64,000 bases of DNA. Origin: Octopus vulgaris (lineage: Eukaryota). The notes under the pieces were generated by a model. The model was not told where the DNA came from, searched no databases, and saw only the letters and a list, made by a program, of their open reading frames with translations. Below, piece after piece: positions 1-12,280 of the stretch; position 1 is the first letter of the stretch; each line of letters starts with the position of its first letter. The stretch lies in assembly GCA_951406725.2 (NCBI GenBank), contig OX597834.1, positions 31,124,001-31,188,000 on the forward strand. The letters run 5' to 3'. Made by a program: the position numbers and the translations under genes.

Positions 1-696
1 GCAAAATCTTATGTGGACCCCCACCTAGGGTCATATGGGTTCCAGGTGAAAATCACTACTAGAGATAGACAGACAGACAGACAAGTGATGTTAATGATGA
101 TGATGGGGGTGGTGTTAATGATGAAGTTGAATAGAGAGGAAAACATAAAAGGGGAAGGATGTGGGCCTGTTCTATTGCATCATTCAAGTTTGTCTCTTTT
201 TTCCTACCCCTCTTCACACCTCCCACCCCACTCACTCACCCACAGTTGGATCGACCCACCCCTTCCACCTCCACTCGCCACCAATCACCTACATATAATA
301 TAATGATATAAAATACGCTCTCCAACCACTTCAAGTGGAGGTCATATTGTTTCTCAAGTGCCCCTGAGTCTGAAATGCCAAAAACAAAAGAAAGAAAGAA
401 AAGAAAGGAAGAGAAGAACTAAGATCAAATATGATTATTTGATGCCATATAAAAGGTATTATTTATTTATTTATTTATTTGTAGCAGATGTGGGAATTGT
501 GAATCTGAGGGGCAGACAAGAATGTCATAAATGAGGCTTCAAAAAAATAAACAAAACAAAAAACCTATTGAAGTCCCCCTCCCCCACAAAGCTACACCTC
601 TCCTCTCTCTCTTTCTCTCTCTCCCCATTTCTCCCTTTTTACTTGCTTCTCTCTCTCCTCTTATTATCCTTTAATCTTAAACTTATATTCATATGC

Positions 697-943
697 GTGG
701 CACGTAAAAAGCACCATCCGATCGTGGCCGTTTGCCAGCCTTGTCTGGCACCTGTGCAGGTGGCACGTAAAAAGCACCCACTACACTCACCGAGTGGTTG
801 GCGTTAGGAAGGGCATCCAGCCGTAGAAACACTGCCAGATCAGACTGGAGCCTGGTGCAGCCTTCTGGCTTCCCAGACCCCAGTTGAACCGTCCAACCCA
901 TGCTAGCATGGAAAACGGACGTTAAACGAATGATGATGATGAT
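697..943 (+). mobile_element. Interspersed repeat family A (SINE-like or non-LTR 3' end, (GAT)n tail)
   Basis: Repeated GTGGCACGTAAAAAGCACC units, core GGCGTTAGGAAGGGCATCCAGCCGTAGAAA, 3' end ACCCATGCTAGCATGGAAAACGGACGTTAAACG+(ATG)n. Other copies at about 2489(-), 8060(+), 12800(+), 14480(+), 19865(+), 20153(-), 26117(+), 33513(+), 33680(+), 35545(+), 40362(+), 40746(-), 44478(+), 52893(-), 60555(-), 61400(-), variably 5'-truncated. Confidence 0.85.
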
Positions 944-1677
944 TCCTGAGCTTAAACTTTGCTATGGTTAATGTTTCCTTTTCAGATATTAGGGGTCGCT
1001 TTAGTCAATCAGCCCCCTGCTATCAATTCTGTGACCTTCATGCCAAAGTTAGAAATACATTCTGTGCTTGTATTGCTGTGCGATTAATAAGCTTGCTTTG
1101 CAGCCATGTGATTTTCGTTTCAGTCCCACTGTGTGGCACCTTGTGCAAGTATCTTCTACTATAGCCCTGGGCCAACCAATACCTTGTAAGCGTGGATTTG
1201 ATTGCCCATTGTGTATGTATGCTTTTATGTTTGCCCCCACCCCCAATTTAATGATGTTGGTTTATTTCAGTCCCCATAACTTAGTGGTTCAGCCAGAGAT
1301 ACTGACAGAGTACGCACCAGACTTAAAAATAAGTACTGGGGTTCGCTTATTCAACTAAAACCCTTCAAGGTTCTGCCCCAGCATGACCACAGTCCAGTAA
1401 CTAAAACAAGTAAAAGATGGAAGATAGTGTGTGTATATGTGTGTGTATATATCTACATATAATGGTGTATATAAAACACTATTATTGTATAGCATTTTAA
1501 ACACATTACATCGTGTCACTGTACTATTTGCACTCTTATCTATACATCATGTAATATGACAGTCCTGTTATGTATACATTGAAGTACAGTGACTTTGCTG
1601 TTGTATATACATTATATACACAGACCTTGTGCTCTTATATGGCTATTATACATAGTGTCACTATATTATAAACACAC

Positions 1678-1917
1678 AAGGTGGCGAGCTGGCAGAATCG
1701 TTAGCACACCGGGCAAAATGCTTAGCAGTATTTCATCTGCCGTTATGTCCTGAGTTCAAATTCCGCCGAGGTCGACTTTGCCTTTCATCCTTTCGGGGTC
1801 GATTAAATAAGTACCAGTTACGCACTGGGGTCAATGTAATCGACTTAATCTCTTTGTCTGTCCTTGTTTGTCCCCTTTATGCTTAGCCCCCCCTGCCCCG
1901 TGGGCAATAAAGAAATA
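1678..1917 (+). mobile_element. SINE family C (tRNA-like head, Meta-domain-like core)
   Basis: AAGGTGGCGAGCTGGCAGAATCG head, B-box-like GAGTTCAAATTCC, core GTCGACTTTGCCTTTCATCCTTTCGGGGTCGATTAAATAAGTACCAG, A-rich end. Many copies in the window. The Meta-domain resemblance is from memory and was not searched. Confidence 0.85.
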
Positions 1918-1990
1918 TATAAGCACACACATACACACACACACACACATACACATCATCACTATAAGTGCTGCAGTGTGTGCATGTGTG

Positions 1991-2311
1991 AAGGTGCTTG
2001 ACTTGGTGGTTTGAGTATTTGGCTCACAGTCGTAAAGGTCATGAGTTCAATTCCAGGTGGCTTGTTGTGTCCTTGAGCAAGACACTTTATTTCACGTTGC
2101 TCCAGTCCCTTCAGCTGGCACAAACGAGTAGTACCTGTATCTCAGTGGGTCAGTCTTGTTACATTCTGTATCACACTGAGTCTCCCTGAGAATTACATCA
2201 AGGGTATGTATGGCTGTGGAGTACTCAGCCGCTTGCACATTAATTTCAGGAGCAGGCAGTTCCGTTGATTGGATCAACTAGAATCCTCGTCATCGTAAGT
2301 GACGGAGTGCC
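1991..2311 (+). mobile_element. tRNA-derived CORE-type SINE (family E, OR1/OR2-like)
   Basis: A-box-like TGACTTGGTGG, B-box GAGTTCAATTCC, CORE-like GTTGTGTCCTTGAGCAAGACACTTTATTTCAC. Reverse copies at about 57270-57565 and 33915-34210. Confidence 0.8.
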
Positions 2312-2792
2312 TTTTAGGTTAGTTTTAGTTTAGTGTGCAAATTTATGCACAGTATCACTGAAAAGGGATGTAGAGTGTCAATATGTTGTTACGATCCCAT
2401 GTGAATACACCCATGCACACAGAGGGCTTCTGCACAGTTTCCATCTACCAAATTGCATTTACATGGCATTGATCATCTTGAAGATCGTCATCATCATCAT
2501 CATCGTTTAATGTTTGTTTTTCCATGCTAGCATGGGCAGGATGGTTTGACAAGAACCTACAAATCAGACAACTGCACCAAGCTCAGCTGTCTTTTTTGAT
2601 GTGGTTTTATTTTTAAGGCTGGATGCCCTTCCTAAAGCTAACAAAAACATGGTTGGCAACACTTGGTATAAGCGCCACAGAATGAGATTGAACTGGGGAT
2701 TATGTAATTGTGAGACAAACTTCTTAACCACACATCCATATCTTCCAAAGATTGTGAGTTACTAATTGAACCCCCACCCTTCTTAGGATTAA

Positions 2793-2998
2793 CCCTTTAG
2801 TTACTGTATTTATTTTGAGAGGCTCTGTGTTTCTTTCAATTACTTTCAATTACAAAGAATTTAGTAAAATAACTTAGTTATGTTAGGAACATAAATTGTG
2901 ACCAAGGTTTGGTGGAAGATTTTAATTCAAAACTTATGAAAACAAGACATTTGTACTCAGAGCCAGAGCCGGTTTCAGCCGGGTTGGTAACGAAAGGG
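2793..2998. mobile_element. piggyBac-like MITE (family F1)
   Basis: TTAA|CCCTTTAGTTAC...GTAACGAAAGGG|TTAA: terminal inverted repeats and a TTAA target duplication. An inverted copy lies at 44832-45053. Confidence 0.85.
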
Positions 2999-3196
2999 TT
3001 AAGCCCCAAAGAAACAATATTTCTGACTATGTGAATGCTCGGAAGCTTATCTACAGTTACGATCATTTGACAGTTGCCCCCAAAATGCTTTGCTGTATTT
3101 CTTCTGACTCATTACATTCCAAGTTCAAATTCTGCTGGGGTCAACTTTGCTTTTCATCCTTTTAAGATAGGTAAAATCAAGTACCAGTCAAATATC

Positions 3197-3420
3197 TATT
3201 TCTTTACTACCCACAAGGGGCTAAACACAGAGGGGACAAACAAGGACAGACATAGGTATTAAGTCGATTACATCGACTCCAGTGCGTAACTGGTACTTAT
3301 TTAATCGACCCCGGAAGGATGAAAGACAAAGTCGACCTCGGCGGAATTTGAACTCAGAACGTAACGGCAGACGAAATACGGCTAAGCATTTCGCCCGGCG
3401 TGCTAACGTTTCTGCCAGCC
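3197..3420 (-). mobile_element. SINE family C
   Basis: Reverse complement of 1678-1917, inserted within a decayed plus-strand C copy that starts at about 3065. Confidence 0.85.
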
Positions 3421-6024
3421 TGCAGCCTTGTACCAGTCAAATACTGGGAAGGGGGTGGCAGTTCATGGTATCAACCTTCCTCTCAAAACCTCTGCCCTTG
3501 TCCCTAAATCAGATGCAATTATTATTATTATTACTATTTGCTCTTTATGTTTATGAGTTTTCCTTGCCCTTCCCTGTTTTATACCTCTAAAACATTTAAT
3601 ATTAATCGCAATATCTGAAGACTTCCAACCAATTTTCCACAAGTGAAGCATCATTTCATTTTCACTCCATTACCACCACCACCACCCACCCGCCCATCTC
3701 TTCTACTTTTCCACCCCAGATCTCAGATAAGGGAGAGGACTATCGTATACCACCACCAGCAATAACAGCAACAATCTCTGATTCTTTCTCTCTCTCTCTT
3801 TCAGTCTCTGTTTGTCTGACTCTCTCTCCCTCTCCCCCTCTCTCTCTCTTTCAGCCAGCTTAATCCACCCTGTTGTTGTTACATACATACACAATAGTTC
3901 ACCCTCTCCCTCTCTGCAGGTGACAGGGTGGTGGAGGTGGTGGTGATGGTGGTGGTGTTTGAAGGGTGGGAGAGAGAGTACTCCCTAATCTTAATGCTTC
4001 ATGCATCTTCCCTCCACTCTCCTGCCCCCACCCCACCCGTGGACCCCACCCCACTACCAGCAACAACAACACTCCAGCACACCTGCTCCGCCCCCTGTGT
4101 TTTCATAGCCCAACCAAGTTCCTTGAGACACTCCACCAATTATTACACCCAGCTCCTCTTCCTCCCCATTCTTCCTCCACTCCACTACTTTATGGCGGCA
4201 ACCACTTGTGGAAGCCAAAGAACTAAGATTTGCTTTCCAACCCCCTAATCTCTGCTTGCCACCAGCCTCTGCCATATGCCACCCATCCCCAGCCAAGCTA
4301 TTGCTCTGCACCTCTGCTGCTCTCCATATCATCATACCCCACCCCCACAACCATCTTCTCCCTCCTCTCCTGCCACTACTACCCTCACACTCACTCTCCT
4401 CTCCTTCCACCCCTCAGCGCCGACCTAACCCACCCCAATGCTGCCATTATTTTACCATTTTCTCAAGTGTGTGGTGGAGGATGAGGGATGGGGTGGGGTT
4501 TCTATTGAATAGATCCAATTTGTTGGGAACCCAAGCTTAAAAACCCATCATATTTTATCTACCCTGCACTAGCCATCTCCGGTACCTACCCACCCACCTA
4601 CCCGAACAATCAGTAGTTTCGGGTGGGGGTGGGGTATTTTGTTAATATGAGTAGTAGGGTGGAGAAAGGCTGTGAGGAAAAGGTGAATGGGAGAATATGG
4701 GTGTGGGTGTTAGTGTGTGTGTGTGTGGGGGGGAAGTAGCTGGGTATGGACAGAATAAGAAGTGGGGGTGCAAAGAGAATGTATCAGGGTGGTTGTAGAA
4801 AATAGTGGATCATAGGGAGAATGAGTGGAACCCCCTCCCCCCAATCCTAAGTGGAAAATGTGATTGAGTGTGGAAAGATGTGAGGAAAAGGTGTTGGAAA
4901 GAGGGAAGCCGGGGGGGGGGGGGACCGAGTGTGGGAGGTCGAGAGTAGGGGTGGGGGTAGTTGTGATGGTGATAGTGATTGTGGGTTGGCGGTGCAGGGA
5001 AGGATCAGTGAAAGAGTGTGGGGTGTGCAAAGAGAGAGAGAGAGAGAGAGTGTGTGTGTGTGTATGTAAATTTCTGAAGGAGATAGTGTAAGAGGGAGAG
5101 GAAGAAAAAGAGAGAAGAGCAGGTCCCTCTTTATAGCATCACCTCCCTCCGCCCAAGCAAAGCAACTCACTGCTAGGGCCTATAGTATTCATTCATTGAA
5201 TATTGGGGTTCCTAGATCCATAGGTTCTCTCCAGGTGATTAACCAGGAATCCAGGATGGCCATGCCTTAAGATGGGTACTGGCTCTGTGTGTAGGGGTTG
5301 TGAAAGGGCGGAAAGGGCCAAAGGAAGAGGACAGAAGTTGAAGAGGACACTAGAGAACTTGCTGCCTGGCTCTGTCCGAGTTTCCTTACCTTTTCTTTTC
5401 TCTCTTACTCTTCCCATTTTTCTCTGGTACTTTCCTTCTTGTCCACTGCCAAAGTAATTGCCGCCACCACCACCACCACAATCACACCACACCACCACTG
5501 ACACTGCCAACACTGCTCCTGCCATCTGTGGCTCTGGTTACAAGAGGTGTGATAGAACAGATGACTATTCATTTCTCCACTCTCGGCATGGTGCCTTGTT
5601 TTCCCCACTGAAACATCGACGAGTAGTAGTAGTAGGAGGTAAAAAAACAACGTGGGGGAGGACCCACAACAAAATACTAAGGACTAAATAATCAAATAGA
5701 CAAGTACGGTGTGTATGTGTGGCATAGAGATCCAGCACAGTGTGGTTATACGTGTGTGTGTGTGTGTATGTGTTTTAGACTTGTATGTCTGTGTGGACCA
5801 ATACTTAGTGTTGTGAGTGTGTGTGTGTGTGAGGGAATAGCAATTTCAATATGTCTATACATAGGGGACAGAGCCAGGCAGCAAGTATACATAGATGTGT
5901 GTATGTATATGTGAAGTTATGAATGCGTTTCTTTGGATGTTTTTATGTATTGTATGTTTATGTTTGTCTGTCTGTCTGTCTCTGTATATACACATACATA
6001 CAAACATACATATATATATATATA

Positions 6025-6316
6025 TATATAATATTAATTCGAGACAAAACCACTATTTTGCAAATCAAACAAGGGAATTAAAACTGAATAGAAGATCGGA
6101 AATCCACCTGACGAATGTCATTTGAAGACATGAAACAATTGTAGTGGCGATTTATTTACTTTATATTAAAATTTTTTATGTATTGATTAAGTCTTTCCTT
6201 GTTTGATTTGCAAAATAGTGGTTTTGTCTCGTATTAATATTATATAATATTTTACTATAAAATTGGATTTAATCCTAAATCTGATTTTTTCCTGTAATTT
6301 TGGATTTATTCCCTAA

Positions 6317-6320
<4 letters not shown>
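6025..6320 (+). mobile_element. Penelope-like non-autonomous fold-back relic in (TA)n
   Basis: 53-bp inverted repeats at 6025-6077 and 6194-6246 (2 mismatches) enclose an HHR. A tail runs to 6320 and (TA)n flanks both sides. Confidence 0.7.
6104..6147 (+). ncRNA. Type I hammerhead ribozyme
   Basis: CCAC-CTGACGA-ATGTC atttgaa GACAT-GAAA-CAATTG-TA-GTGG: intact core, stems I and II paired, palindromic stem III, GUA cleavage triplet. Confidence 0.85.
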
Positions 6321-6353
<33 letters not shown>

Positions 6354-6706
6354 ACACACACACACTCATATATACATGAAGATAGTTGTATTTGTATGTA
6401 GAAAAATTTTTAAATGTACCTCTCTAGATGTGTTTATACTTATGTGTATGTATGTATGTGTGCAGGGGTGTGTATGTAGGGCCATACGTAAGTTGCATAA
6501 ATGCGTGTGTGTGTGTGTGTGAACTTGTGTATATGTACATGTCTTTTTGTATGTAGTTGGGTCTTTATGCATGTATATGTGTGAGTATATACAATATGTA
6601 TATGTGTGTGTGTATGCATATGTGTATTTGTGTGTGTGTTTATGTAAGCCTGTACTTATATAGCTTGTGCGTATGTGTAAACGTGTGCTTTTGTGTGTAC
6701 AATATA

Positions 6707-6762
<56 letters not shown>

Positions 6763-6884
6763 ATAAGGCTGATGTTGAGTTAGTAGGACAGCAGTCAGTA
6801 GAGTATTAGATATGAATGGTGTGTAACACACACAATGGTTGGATCACATAACAGTCCTCCTGTCTTGTTGGTTGGTTGGTAGGT

Positions 6885-6915
<31 letters not shown>

Positions 6916-7056
6916 TCGGGTGGTTGGTTGCCAATTGTCGGCCCACTCTTGATTTTTTTTATTCATATTTTATACACGTAACATACATATGAACTGGTAA
7001 ACACACACACACGTGTATGTATACATGCACACGCATACACATAAACGCATGTGCAT

Positions 7057-7105
7057 ACATCTTAATTCTAGAAGATACTGACATACATATATGATTATGC
7101 AATTG

Positions 7106-7155
<50 letters not shown>

Positions 7156-7278
7156 CACACATGCTTATACATACGCACACATACCTAAATACCAGAACAC
7201 ACAAAAATATGCACACACAATAACACACATGTGCACACATCTTAATTCTAGATATATGATTGTGCAATTGTGCAATTG

Positions 7279-7320
<42 letters not shown>

Positions 7321-7400
7321 CACATGCTTATACATATGCACACATACCTAAATACCCGAACACACAAAAATATGCACACACAATAACACACAGATACATG
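7057..7400. repeat. Tandem duplication of a ~180-bp microsatellite-containing unit
   Basis: ACATCTTAATTCTAGA...ATACCTAAATACC(A/C)GAACACACAAAAATATGCACACACAATAACACAC occurs twice. Confidence 0.75.
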
Positions 7401-7823
7401 TGCACGCATGCCTAAATAGTAGAATATACAGATACACATTCTCATGCAATTATACACACACACATGCACCAGATTTTTAAAAAAAATTGAGAAGTATGTG
7501 TATTTGTGTGGTGGTGGGCTTGTATGGGAGCAGTTTATTGTGTATGTCTATGCATGTACAGGTGTGTGTATATGTGAAAGTATGTATATACCGATGTGTG
7601 TCTATGTGTGTGTGTGTGTGTGTGTGTGCATAGATGTGTATATTGATGTACAAAAAATAGGCTGACATGTACTTCACAGAGAACATCTTAATTCATTTTA
7701 ATAAAGCATTTTGTTTAATGAGAGTGGTCCATAGCTAATTAAACACAAATTTAAGCCATGACAAAAGTCTCTGCAAAGGGAATTAAATATACTAATACAA
7801 AGGTGTATGCGTATGTGTGCATA

Positions 7824-7854
<31 letters not shown>

Positions 7855-7876
7855 GTGTTCTGTGTTATAGTGTATT

Positions 7877-7911
<35 letters not shown>

Positions 7912-7914
7912 GTG

Positions 7915-7951
<37 letters not shown>

Positions 7952-8823
7952 CTTGGGGCACTTCATTTTATGAATGGCGGTGCCCCAGCATGGCCACAGC
8001 TTGTGAACTGAAACTATATAAAATATAAAATATATACACACACACACACACACTATATCTTGAACTGTAGTTGTGGTTGCTGTTGGTGCCATGTAAATGG
8101 CACCTGTGCCAGTGGTGTGTAAAAGCACCCATTACACTCCTTGCATGGTTGGCATCAGGAAGAGCATCCAGTTGTAGGAACCATTCCAAATCGAACTGGA
8201 ACCTGGTGCAGCTCATCAGCTCCAGTCAAACCCGTCTAACCCATGCCAGCATGGAGAGCAGACGTTAAATGACGATGATGATGATGATGATCTTGTGTCT
8301 TATGCTGTGTGTATATATCTATTTATTTATGCGCACATACACACTCACACATGTACACCCATACAAATATACATGCTTATATGTAGTCTTAGTACACCAG
8401 CACTAAGAGTTGGTATTAAATATGCGATAACACATTTCTGATTCTGCAATATACACATCACTGTGTGTGCATATATATATATATATATAAATCTTTAAAC
8501 TGTTTCAGCTTCAAAATTGTACTTATACACACACACACACATATACACCTTTGTGTATGTATAAATATTTAACACAGGTGTTAATGAGAATGGTGATATA
8601 TATATATGAGTGAGTGACCCAATGAAAGAAAAGGTCACTCTACACATTTAGTAGGGGTTACATGTATTATTTAAAATAGTTTGAATCAGTTTCATGCTAC
8701 TTCATTTCACAGGCTCCAAATGGGAGCTTGACTCCTTCACATGGCTGCAGACAAATGCCTGAAACAATTAAAAGAATAAGAGAATATATATATATATATA
8801 GAAACAATTAAATGAATAAGAGA

Positions 8824-8862
<39 letters not shown>

Positions 8863-8934
8863 GGAGTAAACACATAAATGTGAAACAAGGTGGAAAAAAG
8901 AGTACTCAAATACCAGGGGTATATATATATATAT

Positions 8935-9325
8935 GCAGGAGTGGCTGTGTGGTAAGTAGCTTGCTTACCAATCACATGGTTCTGGGTTCAATCCTATTAT
9001 GTGGCACCTTGGGCAGGTGTCTTGTACTATAAACTCGGGCTGACCAAAGCCTTGTGAGTGGATTTGGTAGACTGAAACTGAAAAAAGCTTGTTGTATATA
9101 TATATATATGTGTGTGTGTATGCTTGTCTGTTTGTGCCCCCAACATCACTTGACAACCGATGCTAGTGCGTTTACATCCCCATAACTTAGCAGTTCAGCA
9201 AAAGAGATCAATAGAATAAGTACTAGGCTTATAAAGAATAAGTCCAGGGGTTGATTTGCTCAACTAAAGGCTGTGCTCCAGCATGGTCGCTGTCAAATTA
9301 CTGAAACAAGTAAAAGAATAAAAGA
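8935..9325 (+). mobile_element. tRNA-derived SINE family B (internal (TA)n(TG)n)
   Basis: GCAGGAGTGGCTGTGTGGTAAG A-box, GGTTCAATCC B-box, CACCTTGGGCAGGTGTCTT, tail CTGAAACAAGTAAAAGA. About 20 copies or fragments in the window. Confidence 0.85.
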
Positions 9326-9524
9326 ATATATATATACATACACACACACACACACAGACAATATATATATATATAGTCTGACAAAAGCTATCAGGCCCAA
9401 ACTTCAAAGTTACCCCTCTCCTTGTAAAAGTTTAACAAACACGTATTCTACTAAAAAGTATTAATTCTTCAGTTTAACATTAAATTGTTTTCATATATAA
9501 TTTGACATTAAAACAAGCATTAAC

Positions 9525-9564
<40 letters not shown>

Positions 9565-9660
9565 ATGCCCCAGCATGGCTGCAGCTTTGTGCTGAAACTG
9601 ATAAAAGAAGGTCGTTAGCTCCTACACGCATTTTTTTCTTTCCTTGTTTTTTTCTGTGTA

Positions 9661-9698
9661 TCTTTCTGTCGAAGAGCGTAGGCTCGAAACGTAAAAGA
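9661..9698 (+). ncRNA. Minimal hammerhead-like motif (PLE type, A6U variant)
   Basis: TCTTT-CTGTCGA-A-GAGC gtag GCTC-GAAACGTA-AAAGA: stems I and II perfect, one core substitution, no stem III. Confidence 0.6.
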
Positions 9699-9786
9699 CT
9701 TTTTCTATTCCTGAGTGCTATACTGATACATTTGTTTGTTTGTACTCCACCTCCCTTCGCCTTTTGTTTATTTTCGTAAACTTTCC

Positions 9787-9819
<33 letters not shown>

Positions 9820-9827
<8 letters not shown>

Positions 9828-10061
9828 AATATGTTACATTACTCAATAGTCAAGGTATAACTCTGAGTTTCAGATGCCGAAGTGGGAATCCACGACATCT
9901 CTTCGGTTGTCTGGCTATTTGAAAATGCTATGAAAAAATACCGTTATGCTCAGAGTTTTATCTTGACTATTGAGTAATGTAACATATTATTGTATAGATA
10001 AATTTCCTCTATTTACATAATATTGAGGTCTCTTTCTTTCTTTTGTTATCTTACCGTTTTA

Positions 10062-10062
<1 letters not shown>
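9820..10062. mobile_element. Penelope-like fold-back relic in (TA)n
   Basis: 48-bp inverted repeats at 9820-9867 and 9949-9996 (2 mismatches), an HHR-like motif on the minus strand, a tail, and (TA)n on both sides. Confidence 0.65.
9859..9912 (-). ncRNA. Variant hammerhead-like motif (CCGAAGA core)
   Basis: Minus strand: AGACAA-CCGAAGA-GATGTCG...CGGCATC-T-GAAA-CTCAGAG-TT. Stem I is disrupted in this copy. Confidence 0.4.
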
Positions 10063-10103
<41 letters not shown>

Positions 10104-10673
10104 AAGGGAGTGTTTTGAAACAGTCCCTTTCATATGTAGACATGTTATCTGAATGTATCTTCTTATCTGAATGTTTTAGTCTTGGAAACGATACCTGGAA
10201 TAAATATCCTGCCTAACACTAGCTGCATTGCAATAATTGTTGGCACCAAAGTGTAGCAGAGTTATTCTTCTGGTAAACCAAATTTGTAACACACAACATT
10301 TTCGGTTGGTATTTGGATCCACCTCATTCATATCACTTGCATGGCTGCTGAGGTTTTTCTCCCCCCTTTTCGGGCGGTGAGGTAAGGGCTGGGGGAAGGA
10401 CAAGTGCGTAGAGCAAAGGGAGAAATGCTTAAAGGCCACAACACAACATTTCTTCTCAAAAAAATAGCATTGCAGTATCGTTTAATCTTGCCTCAGTCTT
10501 TGGACTGCAGCCATGCTGGAGCACTGCTTTTGTTTTAAAGTCTGGTATTTATTCTATCAGTCTCCTTTGCCAAACTGCTAAATTATGGGAACGTAAATAA
10601 ACCAACACTAATCGTCTAGTGGTGTTGGCAGTAGGGAAAACTCAAAGCCACATACTCACCTGCCTATATATAG

Positions 10674-11090
10674 GTGCTCTATGGAACAGAAATGTGGCCC
10701 CTCATGAAGGCCCTAGCAAAGAGGATTGACAGCCTTGACAGCAGAGCCCTGAGGATCTTTGTGAACATCAAGTAGTACTATTGGGTTTCCAACAAAGAGC
10801 TGTGTGCACACACACATCAGCCCACAGTTTCCCATCTCATTGCCTTCTGCCACAGGCACTGGTACGGGCATATCCTCTGCCTCCTCCCAGATCATCATAC
10901 ATTAGCCTTACTCTCGTTTGACACAGGACCTGCAGGCTGGAAGAGACCCTCTGGCAGGCCCTGCACCAGAGGGCTGGATGTAATTAAGGAAGACCTCCAG
11001 AGGCTTGGTGTCAGCTCGGAGGATGCAGAATGGCTGGCACAAGACCACCAATGATTGGAGCACTGGTGGACTTGGCTAGCTCTATGCACA
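10674..11090 (+). pseudogene. RTE-clade LINE ORF C-terminal relic
   Basis: Translates VLYGTEMWPL...HWYGHIL...GWKRPSGRPCTRGLDVIKEDL...AQDH with stops, matching the RTE post-RT motifs LLYGSETW / RWFGH / KRPRGRP / AQDR. Confidence 0.8.
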
Positions 11091-11425
11091 ATAATACTTC
11101 TGGGATCACTAACCTGGGATAACCCCAGTGACCCCAACAAGTAACACACATACACACACACAACACATATGTTGGTTAATGTCCAAAGAATTGAGAAATA
11201 TTGTAGAAGATGTGATTGGCAATGTAAAGGAAGCAAACCATTGTGTGAAACTCTGTCACTAGACAGACTCTTGGTGGGGCAGGGCAGTAGATTAAGAGTC
11301 AGTGGGAGGGGTTACCAGTGGTTAATGTGTTAATGGTAAAAACAGTTGATCTTATAATCAAGGTAACCCCCTATCATTTGGTTCACTTCCGCTGTGTAGC
11401 ACCTTGTGTGTGTGAGAGAGAGAAT

Positions 11426-11461
<36 letters not shown>

Positions 11462-11772
11462 TACTCTTTTGTCTCTTTTACTTGTTTCAGTCAGTTGACT
11501 GCGGCCATGCTGGAGCACCGCCTTTAGTCGAGCAACTCGACCCTGGGACTTATTCTTTGTAAGCCCAGTACTTATTCTATCGGTCTCTTTTGCCGAACCG
11601 CTAAGTGACGGGGACGTAAACACACCAGCATCGGTTGTCAAGCAATGCTAGGGGGACAAACACATACACAAACATACACGCACATATATATATATATATA
11701 CATATATACGACGGGCTTCTTTCAGTTTCCGTCTACCAAATCCACTCACAAGGCTTTGGTTGGCCCGAGGCT
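11462..11772 (-). mobile_element. SINE family B (5'-truncated)
   Basis: Reverse complement of the family B 3' two-thirds. Confidence 0.85.
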
Positions 11773-12093
11773 ATGGAAATATAACAACCCCTCACACACA
11801 TGCATGCACACACCTGTGTATGTGTGTGTGTGTGTGTGTGAGTAATTATTGTTAATCCTTTTCATAGATTAATAATATCTTGCAGACAAAAAGGTTCACA
11901 TCCCTCTGTATTTGCTTACTATTTCTGTATTCTTTCTATTCCTACTGCCCCTCACTGCTGTCTTTTTGATGATGCCATGTGGAGAGGCACTCAGATCAGT
12001 CTATTAGCCTTATTACTGCGGGAAGTTGCGGTTCAGTTCATCACAGAACAATGAAGTTACTTGTCTAACCTTAGAGGTTTTCAGGCGCATTAC

Positions 12094-12130
<37 letters not shown>

Positions 12131-12189
12131 GTTGGTGTATATGTCTGAGTATTCCAATTGATCAAAATGTAAACTCTGTAATGTCCGTT

Positions 12190-12280
12190 TTGCCCTGAAG
12201 ACCTTACACCCAGGGTACTCAAAATGCCAACTTATTTTTTGTTATTTAAGTTGGGTATGAAGTGAAACAATTGTAGGTAA
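12190..12280 (+). ncRNA. Type I hammerhead ribozyme with extended stem II
   Basis: TTGCC-CTGAAGA-[62-nt imperfect hairpin]-GAAA-CAATTG-TA-GGTAA, lying between (TA)n tracts. Confidence 0.7.

Noticed and set aside
3610-3660. CTGAAGA..GAAGCATC motif (and a similar one at about 9440-9475 minus)
   Set aside because: Too many core deviations and weak stems; compatible with chance.
10176-10439. 87-aa minus ORF / possible exon
   Set aside because: No recognisable homology and the splice signals are inconsistent between strands.
11960-12050. TGATGA-stem motifs on both strands
   Set aside because: GAAA and the cleavage triplet are missing.
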